DNA of 64,000 nucleotides, taken from Octopus sinensis. Taxonomy: Eukaryota. A program made the position numbers and the translations under genes. The notes below the pieces were generated by a model. The model saw only the letters and a program-made list of their open reading frames with translations. It searched no databases and was not told where the DNA came from. The stretch covers positions 48,918,001-48,982,000 of the forward strand of contig NC_043006.1 in the NCBI RefSeq assembly GCF_006345805.1, given 5' to 3'. Shown one piece after another: positions 25,961 to 38,566 of this stretch (positions within the stretch are counted from its first letter, which is position 1; every line of letters starts with the position of its first letter).

Positions 25961-27125
25961 GGAATTGACTGAAGTGCTCGTACTGGCGTCGGGAGCAGCG
26001 GCGACAGAGGCACAACCTGATGGTGGTGAGGGTGTTACAAGTGGGTGGGTTGGTGGGCTATAGTAGTAGTAGTAGTAGTAGTAGTAGTAGCAGCAGCAGC
26101 AGATGCAAGGGTGGAAGACTATTTTTTTTAATTATTCACATTTTTTAAACTGGAAAGAAATTTATATAATAATGTTGGCAATTTTCTTTGTATCTCGTCT
26201 CTTCAATTTCCAACAACGTCAACTCCACCGCCACCACGCACTGGAGGAGGACAAGTAAAGAGGAAGAAAACCCGTCAGGGGAAAGACCTGTTAAGCTATG
26301 CTGCTGCTGCTGCTACTACCACTACCACCACTACTACTACGGGTGAATTTTCGTTGCTGCTATTCCCAGAAACTGCACCGCCGACAGAAACGCAATACTT
26401 AATAACCACTACAGTAAGTAAATGCAGTGCCTGATTGTAGTGGTGGTGGTGGTGGTGGTGGTGGTAGTGGTGGTAGTGGTTGAATAAGGGCGGGGATAGA
26501 GTGGTAATAAAAATGAAGGAAGGAAGACATTAGTGTGAAAGGAAATATATATATATATATATATAAAAGGTAACGGACGGATGACGAGGGGTGATGCGAT
26601 GGGGAAAGGGTTTATGCGCAAGGGTAAGCGTGTGTGAGCGTGGGGCGGTGGGGCAAGAAAGATAACAACCACAGGCTGATGTGTGTGTGTGTGTGTGTAC
26701 ACAAAGGCATACCTCAACTTACATCGGTATTTTGTTCCAAGGACGTGCGACTCAACTCAAAAAGCGACGTAACACGGAAGAGAAAAAAAACGTTTGAAAA
26801 AAGTTATTTACCTTACACCTGTTTTAATAAATTGTTTGTACATATTTTTTACGTGTATTTTATTTGATTTTTCCACTTTAGTACGGGTTTTATGGTGATG
26901 TTTTTTTTTTTCTTTTCAATGTTTATGATTTTAAATATATTCGCTAAGACCGACGTAAAGTCGGATCAATTAACTCTAATTGAGGTTTCTTTTTCCTATT
27001 AATTTTTTAAAACCGTGAAGTCGAAAACACGTTAATTGAGGTATGCCTGTATAAGACAGACAGACAGATAGATTGACGGATAGACAGATAGATACATAGA
27101 TAGATAGATAGATAGACAGACAAAC

Positions 27126-27181
<56 letters not shown>

Positions 27182-27198
27182 GGATAGATGGATAGATG

Positions 27199-27262
<64 letters not shown>

Positions 27263-27268
27263 TATAGA

Positions 27269-27302
<34 letters not shown>

Positions 27303-27303
27303 T

Positions 27304-27348
<45 letters not shown>

Positions 27349-27532
27349 TGTACGTATAACAAACTGCTACGTGAAAAGAGAACAAGAAACCAAAGAATCG
27401 TAAGAGTATTTTCGAAACCCATCAGTTTTCCATACGCGCGTGCGCGCAACAGCCATTCCCTCCCACCCACTCTTTCCTGTCTCTTTGGTACACCCTTAGA
27501 ATGTTACCTACCTCCACCAACACCGCCCCCAG

Positions 27533-27567
<35 letters not shown>

Positions 27568-27840
27568 CTCACTCGGCTTTCAAGTATCTATTTATAATAT
27601 ATAATGCTATTTATATACATTTATTTAAAGCTGAGCTTTTTGTTCTCGTTCTTCGGATAACTCAGAATATCTGAGTACTAACTCGCAAAAACTCATGATA
27701 TTACCCCCCACTCAATATGATTGAGGATTTTTTTTTTTTTTCGTTTTTGTTTCTCCATTGCAACCCACCCCAGTGCGAACCCATAATCATATATAAAGTG
27801 ATTACACACACACACACACATACTTCTATTAACAAATTAT

Positions 27841-28040
27841 TACAGTAATCCCTCGACTATCGCGGGTGTTACGTTCCAAAAGTCTCCGAGATACGTGAGA
27901 ATCCGCGAAGTAGAAACAGTACTGTATATTTTTATTATTATTTCTATAATTTGTATATATATTTTTTTATTATAAACGCAAAACAAAAACACCACGGAGG
28001 AATCGACATAGACTTAATAAACCGCGATATGGCGGGGAAT
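27841..28040 (+). mobile_element. Tigger/pogo-like MITE left portion (second partial copy at 58879-58970)
   Basis: TA-CAGTAATCCCTCGACTATCGCG terminus present in both copies. Confidence 0.55.
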
Positions 28041-28499
28041 ACATAACGGCGTTTCTCTCGGCTATTAGTTCTGAGTTCAAATCCCGCCGAGGTTGACTTT
28101 GCCTTCCATCCTTTCGGGCTCGATAGAATAAATTAAATACCAGTCAAGCACTGGAGTTGATACAATCGACTTAACACATCCCCCCGCCCCCAAAAAAATT
28201 TCAAGCCTTGTGTCTGTATTAGAAAGAATTATGAATTATTATTAGCTATAATGTTTAGCTGTAATTATTATTAACTGTAATTGTTTAGTTAACTAGAAAT
28301 TCCGTCCATCAAAAGGAAAAAGATCCGCTGAAATACCGCCACATCATAAAAGACTGGAATTTGTTTAATCCAGCGGTCAGGCCCTAGTTGAGCAGAGCAG
28401 ACCCTATGATCAAAAATTTTCCAGTTGTGACGACGACGGATTGTTATCAGAAACAATGTCTAAGACTACATCATTCTATATATACTATATTTATTTTTT

Positions 28500-28985
28500 T
28501 GAAGACAATACGGTGTGCTTTGTGAGAGATTTGGTAGCTATTTCTAGCATGCCTAACGACTACGCAAAGACCCTTCCCTCTCTTTAAATTCGTTGATGCC
28601 TCATAATTTCGCTCATTTTCTCTTGCACTCTCTCTACCCTCTCTCCTTCTCTAAGTTTTCTCTGTGTAAGCTTTTATTTTTTTCAATTCCTCTAGGTCAC
28701 AATACGCCTATTGGTGAAAAGAAAGAATTGGTGATTTTTAAGACAGTAGAGTTATTTGAGGGAGGTTTTGTAGCTATTTCTGTCTGGTCGAGCGACCACG
28801 TAGGAAGTTCCTCTCTGTAAATTCGTTGGTGCCACATAATTTCACTAGATTCTGCCCCCGCCTCCACTTTCTCTCTCAGTCTCTCTTTCCCTTCTCTCCC
28901 CGCTACTTCTCTTAAGTTTTCGTTTATGTTGGCTATTTTTCCTTCACTTCCTCCAGGTCACATTACGCTTTTCAGCGAACAGAAA
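28500..28985. repeat. Old tandem duplication, about 235-260 bp
   Basis: aaattcgttg at 28586/28819 and aggtcaca at 28694/28955. Confidence 0.65.
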
Positions 28986-29994
28986 GTTTAAACATACAAT
29001 CGGAATCGTTATTTATTTTTGTTATTACTGGAGTATGACAAAATAAAAACGATTGCTAAACGAGGAAGTAGTGTTACCCAGCTAACTCAGCGAACGGAGT
29101 TTCAGTGATAAAATTCGAAGAATACCATACAATATGAGAAGAATGTACCAATCGTGTTCATATGGAAGACAGACATACAAAAATTTTTTTTTAATCATCT
29201 TTCACAAATGAACTGTTTTTCTTTCTTTTTTTCTTTTTCACCGAAGTTTCTTCTTTCTTGAAGCAAATAGCAAGTTGATTTGTGGACTGCGAATCTTCTT
29301 TTATTCACCCACCTCCAGGCTGAGGGGAAGAGAGGGTTCCCGGCGGCATGGGACTGATTTTGGAAGCAGCAGGAGGTGGGCATTGGAAGATAGCGTTTGT
29401 ATTTAATTATCGGGGAAAATGTAGTAGTAAAATGGAACATGTCAAAGGCAACCAGGCTTCCCTTTATTAGGAAGATCCAAAGCATGAAACGAATATACTT
29501 CTGGTGTTATGGTGACAGAATTTAAACGGCTGTTGGTTTCCATATCGACATTATATGAGAGCCACCATTGTCTCCCTCTACACGCTCACTTGATTTGCTA
29601 GATATAATACCACATCTCCCTCAATTCACACTACCAATATCTTTAAAAAAAAGTGGGGACGAACACATTTGGGATTTTCTTAGATTTCTTGTGACCACTA
29701 CAAGTATTTCAAATTTAAACTAGATTATTTTTGTAGTTTTGTATGCCGAGGGAAGAAATTTAACAAGACCCACAGCTTGCTTACAAACCGGGTTCAGTCC
29801 CACTGCGTGGCACCTTGGACAAGTGTCTTCTACTATAGCCTCGGACCGACCAAAGCCTTGTGAGTGGATTTGGTAGATGGAAACTGAAAGAAGCCCGTCG
29901 TGTATACATGCGTGTGTTTGTGGTTGTCCCCCCAACATCGCTTGACAACCAATGCTGGTGTGTTTCCGCCCCCTGTGGGCAGTAAAGAAATAAG

Positions 29995-30330
29995 AAAAGT
30001 TAGTACGCTGGGCGAAATGCGTAGTCGTATTTCATCTGCCGCTACGTTCTGAGTTCAAATCCCGCCGAGGTTGACTTTGCCTTTCATCCTTTCGGGGTCA
30101 ATAAATTAAGTACCAGTTGCATACTGAGTCGATCCAATCGACTGCCTCCCCACTCTCCAAAAATTTCGGACTTTGTGCCAAGAGTAGAAAGGATACTTAT
30201 TTTATCGATCCCGAACAGGTGCAAGGCAAAGTGGACCTCGGAGGAATTTGAACTCAGAACGAAAAGAACCGGAAGAAATGCCACTGGGCATTTTTGTTTG
30301 GCATGCTAACGATTTAGCCAAGCTCGTCGC
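29995..30330. mobile_element. Tail-to-tail SINE family B pair; other B copies 28040-28230, 34165-34310, 41500-41690, 41831-42045, 42365-42480 (+) and 54820-55000, 58085-58225 (-)
   Basis: Shared gttctgagttcaaattccgccgaggtcgactttgcctttcatcctttcggggtcgataaattaagtacc. Confidence 0.8.
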
Positions 30331-30811
30331 TTTACGTAGGTCTGAATAATAGCGACAATATAGAAAGAAATAATGACAGGTTTATTACGACAGCGAGAAA
30401 CAAATTTTCAATTAAAAAGTTTCTGGAGAGGGAAGAGAACACAGAGAAAGCAAGAAGAGAATGAAACAGCAAAAAATAAATTAATGTTTTAAGAGAAAAC
30501 ACAAAAAGAAAAGAAAAAAACTTTAGCTGGATGACCTAGTGGAGTAAATCATTAGTTTAGTCTCGCTGACATATTTCTCTACTTCTACATATAACCCCGC
30601 CATCAATATGACACAGCTATCAGGGATTGAATTAAAAAAAAAAAACTATTTGCCTGACTGAGCTGGAGCAAAGCAAGCTGGCTCCTTCCTAGACTAATTA
30701 GGGAGCAAATTTCCTGGCGTGGCAGAAATCAAGTTGAGAAAGGGACATTTCGTAGCTATTCTCGAAGTAAAATTACTCTGGATTTGTTTTATCTATCAAC
30801 TTCTGGGTTTC

Positions 30812-31412
30812 TTATTTCTTTATTGGTTACAAGGGGCTAAACATAGAGGGAACAAACAAGGACAGACAAACGGATTAAGTCGATTAGATCGACACCAGTG
30901 CGTAACTGGTACTTATTTAATCGACCCCGGAAGGATGAACGGCAAAGTCGACCTCGGCGGAATTTGAACTCAGAGCGTAACGGCAGACGAAATACCTATT
31001 TCTTTACTACCCACAAGGGGCTAAACACAGAGGAGACAAACAAGGACAGACACACGGATTAAGTTGATTATATCGACCCCAGTGCATAACTGGTACTTAA
31101 TTTATCGACCCCGAAAGGATGAAAGGCAAAGTCGACCTCGGCGGAATTTGAACTCAGAACATAGCGGCAGCCCGAAATACCTATTTCTTTACTACCCACA
31201 AGGGGCTATACACAGAGAGGACAACCAAGGACAGACAAACGGATTAAGTCAATCATATCGACCCCAGTGCGTAACTGGTACTTATTTAATCGACCCCAAA
31301 AAGATGAAAGGCAAAGTCGACCTCGGCGGAATTTGAACTCAGAACGCAGCGGCGGACGAAATACCGCTGAAGTATTTCGCCCGTTGTGCTAACGCTTTTG
31401 CCATCTTGCCGT
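30812..31412 (-). mobile_element. SINE family B tandem trimer (about 185-bp unit) with a single head
   Basis: Unit starts at 30812, 30996, 31181; B-box-like ttctgagttcaaattccgcc; head ggcaagatggcaaaagcgttagc at the right end. Confidence 0.85.
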
Positions 31413-32055
31413 TTCTATTAATCAACACATCGACATTTAAAGTACCAGTGGTGTTAATGAAATATCCTTATTCTTTTGTTTGTATGTCACTGGATGGCGA
31501 TCATGCTGGAGCACGGCCTGGATACGAATTTCTAGCCGTTTAAATAAATTTCAGTACTCCATTTAAGCCTGGTACTTGCTCGGCCGGTTCCTCTTTTGTT
31601 GAATTGCTAAGTGATGGGGATGTAGCAAATCTCACACTGGATACCAAGCTGTGAGATAAATACCCACGCGCACACAGGCATGCGTGCATGCACACACATA
31701 CACACACACCAATAAAAACTGGAGCACTTGGTTTTGTAAGTAAATGCTTAACTTGTCAGTCTGGATAAGCTTGGATTTTCAGAAAAAGAAAATCAACCAA
31801 CTGATTCGTTCATTACTAATACAATCTTAAAGCGGAAGAGTAAAACTATGCAAGGCTTTTCTCAGGTTTAAAATGTGACCTTGTTTTCGTTACCTACACC
31901 CCTAAGATAAAGCTTTGTATCTTTGTTAGAAACCAGCTCTTTCTTCAGAGTAAGAATTTGAATGATTAAATGCAGAAGAGATAACATAATACGATGATAT
32001 TACGTTAAGCATGGCCTAGGTCATTAATGGCCAAGACCTACTTTAAGATATACGT

Positions 32056-32447
32056 TTATTCTTTTCTATTCTAGGCACAAGGTCCGAAATTTTGTGGGAA
32101 GGGGGAGCCAGTCGATTAGATCGACCCAGTATGCAACTCGTACTTAATTATTAACCCCGAAAGGATGAAAGGCAAAGTCGACCTCGGCGGAATTTGAACA
32201 CAGAACGTAACGGCAGACGAAATACCTATTTCTTTACTACCCACAAGGGGCTAAACACAGCGAGGACAGACAAACGGATTAAGTCGATTACATCGACCCC
32301 AGTGCGTAACTGGCACTTAATTTATCGACCCCGAAAGGATGAAAGGTAAAGTCGACCTCGGCGGAATTTGAACTCAGAACGCAGCGACGGACGAAATACC
32401 GCTAAGCATTTCGCCCGGCTTGCTAACGTTTCTGCCAGCTCGCCACC
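32056..32447 (-). mobile_element. SINE family B dimer with two different tails and a 13-bp TSD
   Basis: TTAAGATATACGT at 32043-32055 and 32448-32460. Confidence 0.85.
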
Positions 32448-33429
32448 TTAAGATATACGTATATTACATGCAAATACGACGATTTTCCGCACAATTTTCG
32501 TCAAACAAATTCACTCACAGGGCATTGCTTGGGCCTGAAGGTAATAAAAAACACTTGCTCAAGATTGATAAAACAAACTGAAATAAATTATTTTGCCGTA
32601 AGAGAGGCAGCGTGACCAAGGTGCTGCATGTAAGTATTGAATACAAAACTTCATGGTTACGAACCGAACCTCTTAACCACACGGACATGTGTGCATGATG
32701 TAATTGTGTTATCAACTATAATTGTGATCAAAGAGCCCCACCAACCAAAAGAATATTATATCCTTTGGAAATAAATCCAAAAGGTACTCAGCAGTTATTT
32801 TTAAAAGGTCGAATTACTATACAGAAAATTCACTCGTAATAGCGATTAATAGTAATAGTAATATCAAGGAGTTCATACATATCCACTGGGTGTAATCTGA
32901 AGGAAACCCAGTTGCTATTTCTAGCAGGTCGAATTACCATACAGAGAATGTTTTGGCTCGTGCCTTTTATTATAAGACTGAGTATGCTTAGTTTAAACAA
33001 ATATATCTTTATGACAGTAAAACAGTAGAATCCGAGAAAATCTCCTGGCTCGTGTCTTCCTCATGATTGAAAGCAGTGGCAAGGAAATAAAATTGAGTAT
33101 GCTGGGTTTAAACAAACAGCAGTTTTTATAACAGTAAAACAGTTGGTATTCGATGAAACCTGTGATGGACTACAGTAGCAAATACTAAGTACAAAAAAAA
33201 TTTTAATTACCGACTAGAATGAATTAATTATTTTGCTGTAGGGAAGAAGAGACGTCCAACATATCGGACAGAGAAGATTCTGTTTAAAACGTTACTTACC
33301 TTCTCCCTTACGGCAAAATAACTTATTCCAGTTTGTTAGCTATCAATCTTTATGGCTGTCGGCCTTAGTCTGAGACCGCAGTTATAGAGTGCAAATATTG
33401 AAAGTATACAAATACTAAAAACATGAATG

Positions 33430-33960
33430 AATATTCCCATCTTCATGCGTGAGAGCCAGGGGCCTCAAATACAACCACCACTCCTCGTCAAAAGCTGGGA
33501 TCTCGTGTTGCAGCCGTACATTCTGCCAGAACCCCCCTTGTCCATTTCTTGATGTCATCGCCCCATCTTCATCTTCGTCTCCCGCGAACTCATTTTCCAT
33601 CCACCGAGCACTTGAGGATGCGAGCAACAGCGCTTCTAGGCTCTGAGAACGTAGCTAATGCAGTTTTTGCCATTTAACCATCGTCACCAGCTTTCAATCC
33701 GATCCCGTCTCCATCGTTCGTTCCACGGGCTACCCAAACTGTCCGCAGGTCTCACCTGTAGCACATCTCGAACACCCTCGATCACATTTTGCGCCTATAC
33801 AACGCTAATAACCAACCAGACCAGGGGTTTTAGAAGTTTTAGTCAGACGCTTCAACTCAGGGTGCAGTCTTTCCATATTGCACTGAGTGGACTTCATAGC
33901 GGATTTTAAAAACGCATTCCTCCTAAATACCGAACATCATAAAACTATGTGAGGTAGCTC
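33430..33960 (-). mobile_element. Degenerate RTE-clade LINE ORF2 C-terminal fragment
   Basis: Translates RVFEMCYR*DLRTVWVARGTN...ARILKCSVDGK*VRGRRR*RWGDDIKKWT...AECTAATRDPSF*RGVV, matching the RTE C-terminal pattern AFEMWCYRRMLRISW...GKRGRGRPRRRWxDDIKEW. Confidence 0.75.
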
Positions 33961-34809
33961 AACACTTCAGTGTAAGGTGTCAGGCTATTGCTTGGTTGTG
34001 ATTAAAATCCATCGACAACTGTCTATAGAAATAAATCCTTGGTTTAGTTATTCAAAGGTATACAAAAACAAGTTAGTTACCCGTTGCCCCAATCACTTAT
34101 ATAGCAACGATGTAGCCAACGGTCTCAAGAAGGAATAAAGAAAGTGTTAGTAACGAGAGAATTATTACGTTCTGAGTTCAAATTCCGCCGGGGCTGACTG
34201 CCTTTCCTCCTTTCGGGGTCGATAAATTAAGTACCAGTTGCGTACTGGGGTCGATCTAATCGACAGGCCCCCTTCCCAAAAATTTCGGGCCTTGTGCCTA
34301 GAGTAGAAATTGTAAATCTCTTAAAATGGGTAAAGAATAAAAAGAGAATCGTGAACGTCTAGAAAAGGTAGAAAGTTACCTTCAAGAGTCATGTTTTCCG
34401 GTTTCAGTGGCGTATAAATTCTCCAGCTGGACGGGACGCCGGTCCATCGCAGGATTACTCATTTTCGCCAGCTGAGTGGACTGGAGCAACGTGAAATGAA
34501 GTGTTTTGCTCAAGAACACAATGCGTCGCCCGGTCCAGGAATCGAAACCACAATCTTACGATCATGTGTCCAACAGTCCTAAACGCTATGCCACGCGCCC
34601 CCGCAATCGTTGAACGCCACGAATATTAGTAAACCGCTTTAGAAAGAACCGTTGCAAACTTAGTGCAATACAGGTAGGATAAGATGCAGTTTCAGCTTGT
34701 ATAAGAATGCGAAAGCCACTCATTATTTTCTGAGGAAACAACTACGGGCAGATTATTAAAAAATGGCCTTGTGTCATTTATATTAACCGGTGTGTACAGA
34801 AGAAATATT

Positions 34810-35219
34810 GGCTCTTTTCGGTTTGAACGGCAGTTTTTAAAATATTTTCTAGGTAACTAAAAAATTTTAAACTTCGTTTACTGGTAGAATGTGTTTATAA
34901 AACATCTTTTTCCCTTGGCTTTATTGAGAAAATTCTATGGTTTGTAAGATATTTGTTGTTTTTTTTCTTCAATTTCTGCAATTTCAACCAATCACTGCCG
35001 TCTATTGATGTAAAAAACATTCTGTGCCGTATGAATATGTCCCTCGTTTAAGAAACAGATTGGGTTTATTTACATTTGTGAAGAAAAAAAGATACGCTTC
35101 CCCCACCCCTAACCCTAAAAGAGATTGAAATGCAATAGATCGATTCTAGGGTCATAATTATGGGTGACAATTTCATATGACACTGCTAGAAAAAACTTCC
35201 GTCCAAACCGAAAAGATCC
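34810..35219. mobile_element. MITE with about 28-bp TIRs and 8-bp TSD (Merlin- or hAT-type)
   Basis: TIR GG(C/A)TCTTTTCGGTTTG(A/G)ACGG(C/A)AGTTTT; perfect GAAATATT direct repeat at 34802-34809 and 35220-35227; internal CCCTAACCCTAA. Confidence 0.8.
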
Positions 35220-36102
35220 GAAATATTTGCACCAATATGAATTTGTTCGCTCTTACATTAATTTGTTTTACGTCATTTTTTTATGTCGGCATAGGTTGGG
35301 TGGATACTTATTTCCGGCAGTATTTTCCTGTTGCTGACCTCTACCTTTTTTTACACGTTAAAAAAAAACGCGGCTATGCATAAAAATACTACTTAGAGAA
35401 AACATTTGCTTGAGATGTCCTACAACGGGAATGAACCTAAGACCACATGACTACAAAGCTAATTCCTTAACCATACAACCATGTCTGTGCTGATGTATAT
35501 TCTTTTTTTCCTTTTACTTGTTTCGGTCATCTAACTACAGCTATGCTGGAGCACTGCCTTAAAGGGTTCTTTTTAGTTGAAGAAATCGACCCCAGGGCTT
35601 ATTCTTTGTAAACCCGGTACTTATACTATCGGCCTCTTTTTGCCGAACCGCTTGTGTACGGGGACGTAAACTCACCAACATCGGTTGTCAAGCGATGGTA
35701 AGGGAAGGTACAAACATGGACACAAAGCCACGCATAAACATATACACACATACATGCATATATATATATACATATATATACATACATACACACACACACA
35801 CATATATATACACATACATATATACATACATACATGTATATATACATGCATACATATATACATACATATACATATACATACATATATACATACATACATG
35901 TATATATACATGCATACATATATATACATATATACATATATATATATATACATGCATACATATATACATACATATATACATACATATATATATATATATG
36001 CATACATATATACATATAATATACATACAGATATACACCATATATATACACATACATATACATGCATATATATATACATGCATATATATACATGCATATG
36101 TA

Positions 36103-36148
36103 AGAGCAACCTGTGGCCCACGGGACCTTCCGAAACAAATAAAAGTTG

Positions 36149-36208
<60 letters not shown>

Positions 36209-36257
36209 TACAACTTTTATTTGTTTCGGAAGGTCCCGTGGGGCCACAGGTTGCTCT
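36103..36257. repeat. Palindrome centred on (TA)n
   Basis: agagcaacctgtggcccacgggaccttccgaaacaaataaaagttgtatg and its reverse complement (1-nt indel) flank a TA tract. Confidence 0.9.
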
Positions 36258-36365
36258 GACAGAGGAAAGTTTTAATGGTAGATCCAGTGCAAGGAACACA
36301 TTGAAAGAAATGGTAAAGTCCAATCTGAGAATGTTCCTGATGAAGAATCTATGATGATATTGGAG

Positions 36366-36536
36366 CAGTGGGGTAAATAAGGAGCAGGGGGCAATCCACA
36401 CTGAGAAATTCTTTTGTGGGGGCAACGCTTTTTGGGGCTGGTGTATAAGTCTGTAGAGACTTGTGCCCACGAGTTGGGGGTGGGGTAACAAATTCAAAGG
36501 GTACCCATGGCAACACACACCCTAGCTACGCCACTG
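36366..36536. mobile_element. Possible hAT-like MITE remnant
   Basis: Ends CAGTGGGGTAAATAAGG ... CCCTAGCTACGCCACTG form an imperfect TIR; no TSD seen. Confidence 0.3.
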
Positions 36537-37637
36537 GGCTGGGCTGATATAAAACAAGAGATGCAGTAATGTATTATATATACTGTACACCCGCCCAACC
36601 TATGGTGAGACTGAGAAAAATACAAACTTGATCTAATAAAGGAACCATGCAATCACTGTGACTCCTTCCTGCTGGTTCATGACTAAAGTTAATTTTTTCT
36701 CAAAATAAATTTTGAGATAAGTGATGCAGTTAAATCATCATCATCATCATCATCATCATCAGGAACAACAGCAGCAGCGTTACCATTATCATGATCATCT
36801 AAGAACAGCTGTTATATTTTTTGATTGTTTGGGTGAGGTTTTTTTTGGGGGGGGGGGGGTATTTTCTTCAGATAGAAGGTAAGGTGTGATGGAGGGAGTG
36901 TGCCGAAGAAGAAGAAAAGATAAAAACAGCCAAGAAACAGAGAAAGATTTTATCTTTCACCCTGGTTCAAGGATGCTGCAGAGAGGAAGACCTAACAGGA
37001 ACACCCCGCAAAGGAAGAGGAAAGAGAAAAAAAGGTGCAGAGAAGAATGAATGAGAGAGGAAGGAAGGAAGATGATATCAAGAAGCATTACAGAACTGAA
37101 ATGTAGGAGTGACCATGATAAAATGTGAAAGGGAATTATGGTGATGCAAAGAGAAAGACAACAAAAGTTAGACAGACAGGACTGGTTAAAGACTTTCACT
37201 GCTCATATCAAATTTTTCTAATTACAACAATAACAAAAATTCTTTCTACTATAGACACAAAAATTTTGAGAGAAGGACTTGTTTCTAGATCCCGAAGGGA
37301 TGAAAGGCAAACTTGACCTTGATGAGATATGGTCTCAGATAGCAGAGTGAGTACCCGGCACAAACTCAAGGAATTAACAGGCAGCAGAGATGAGTAGAAG
37401 AGGTGGTGGAGTGGAAAGGGAAGGACAGTACAGAGATTGTTAGATCTGAAGTGAAGGAATTATTATCATATCAGGCACAGGAGTGGCTGTGTGGTAAGGA
37501 ACTCGCTTATCAACCACATGGTTCCGGTTCAGTCCCACTGCATGGCATCTTGGGTAAGTGCCTTCTACTATAGCCTTGGGCCGACCAAAGCCTTGTGAGT
37601 GGATTTGATAGATGGAAACTGAAAGAAGCCCGTCGTA

Positions 37638-37686
<49 letters not shown>

Positions 37687-37700
37687 TTATATATATATAT

Positions 37701-37945
37701 AACGCAAGGGGGATCAGCCATCTGAATGTGGCTAGGGACAGGGTGGGGTGGTGGGGGTGTTACTGATGCTTTTAGCCCCAGGCGATCATCAACGTCACCA
37801 GAAGGACTGACACCATATCAGTGTCCTTGTTTGCCTCAGTCCTTCTGGTGACGTTGATGATCGCCTGGGGCTAAAAGCATCAGTAACACCCCCACCACCT
37901 CGCCCTGTCCCTAGCCACATTCAGATGGCTGATCCCCCTTACGTT
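37701..37945. repeat. Long hairpin, 110-bp arms, 25-nt loop
   Basis: 37701-37810 versus 37836-37945: 3 transition mismatches in 110 bp. Confidence 0.95.
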
Positions 37946-38120
37946 GTCGAGCAGTTACTGTTTATATCTCGTTCAGAGATTTATTATTGTTTTTATATAT
38001 ATATATATATATAAAAATTCAGAGTGAATACTTGATAATTGTAAGTACCTGTATATACCATTTAGTGGTGTAGGTGATAGAGTATATTAATCAAAATAAA
38101 AACATGATGCCAAGGATTCA

Positions 38121-38198
38121 GCGGTACATATGATTCGGGCCTTCATTAGACGGTTTTATAACAATGCAAAATGTGTGTCTATGGCCTTCTTCAGCCGC
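38121..38198 (-). ncRNA. Inverted copy of the hammerhead motif, probably inactive
   Basis: GCGG-CUGAAGA...GGCCC-GAAU-CAUAU-GUA-CCGC; the conserved GAAA is changed to GAAU at 38133. Confidence 0.5.
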
Positions 38199-38462
38199 GT
38201 ACAATTACTACTTCAAGGACATGTATTACATTATAAGTTTTACGTTGGGGATGCAAATCCTCATAGTCGCGTACGACAGAGTGGGGCACCAACACAAAAT
38301 CGAAGCGTCCATCCCGTCTTTCACTCGATGTGAAAGAGTGAAAGACGAGGTGGACGCTTCGTTTTTGTGTTGGTGCCCCACTCTGTCGTATGCGACTATG
38401 AGATTTGCATCCCCAACGTAAAACTTTAATGTAATACATGTCCTTGAAGTAGTAATTGTACA

Positions 38463-38536
38463 CGGCTGAAGAAGGCCATAGACACACATTTTGCATTGTT
38501 ATAAAACCGTCTAATGGGCCCGAAACATATGTACCG
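38463..38536 (+). ncRNA. Minimal type I hammerhead ribozyme motif, intact core
   Basis: CGG-CUGAAGA-A-GGCCauagac...gucuaaugGGCCC-GAAA-C-AUAU-GUA-CCG: stem I CGG/CCG, long stem II, 1-bp stem III within palindromic CAUAUG, GUA cleavage triplet (cut after 38533). Confidence 0.65.
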
Positions 38537-38566
38537 CTGAATCCTTGGCATCATTTTTTATTTTGA

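Noticed and set aside
33415-33909. ORFs 33415-33627(-), 33449-33646(+), 33658-33909(+) and 62228-63001 as host genes
   Set aside because: Alternative frames of decayed RTE LINE fragments; the LINE frame has in-frame stops.
35105-35120. CCCTAACCCTAA as an interstitial telomere
   Set aside because: Only two units and internal to a MITE.
36501-36514. RFX X-box-like GTACCCATGGCAAC
   Set aside because: Single motif inside a probable MITE remnant; no promoter context.
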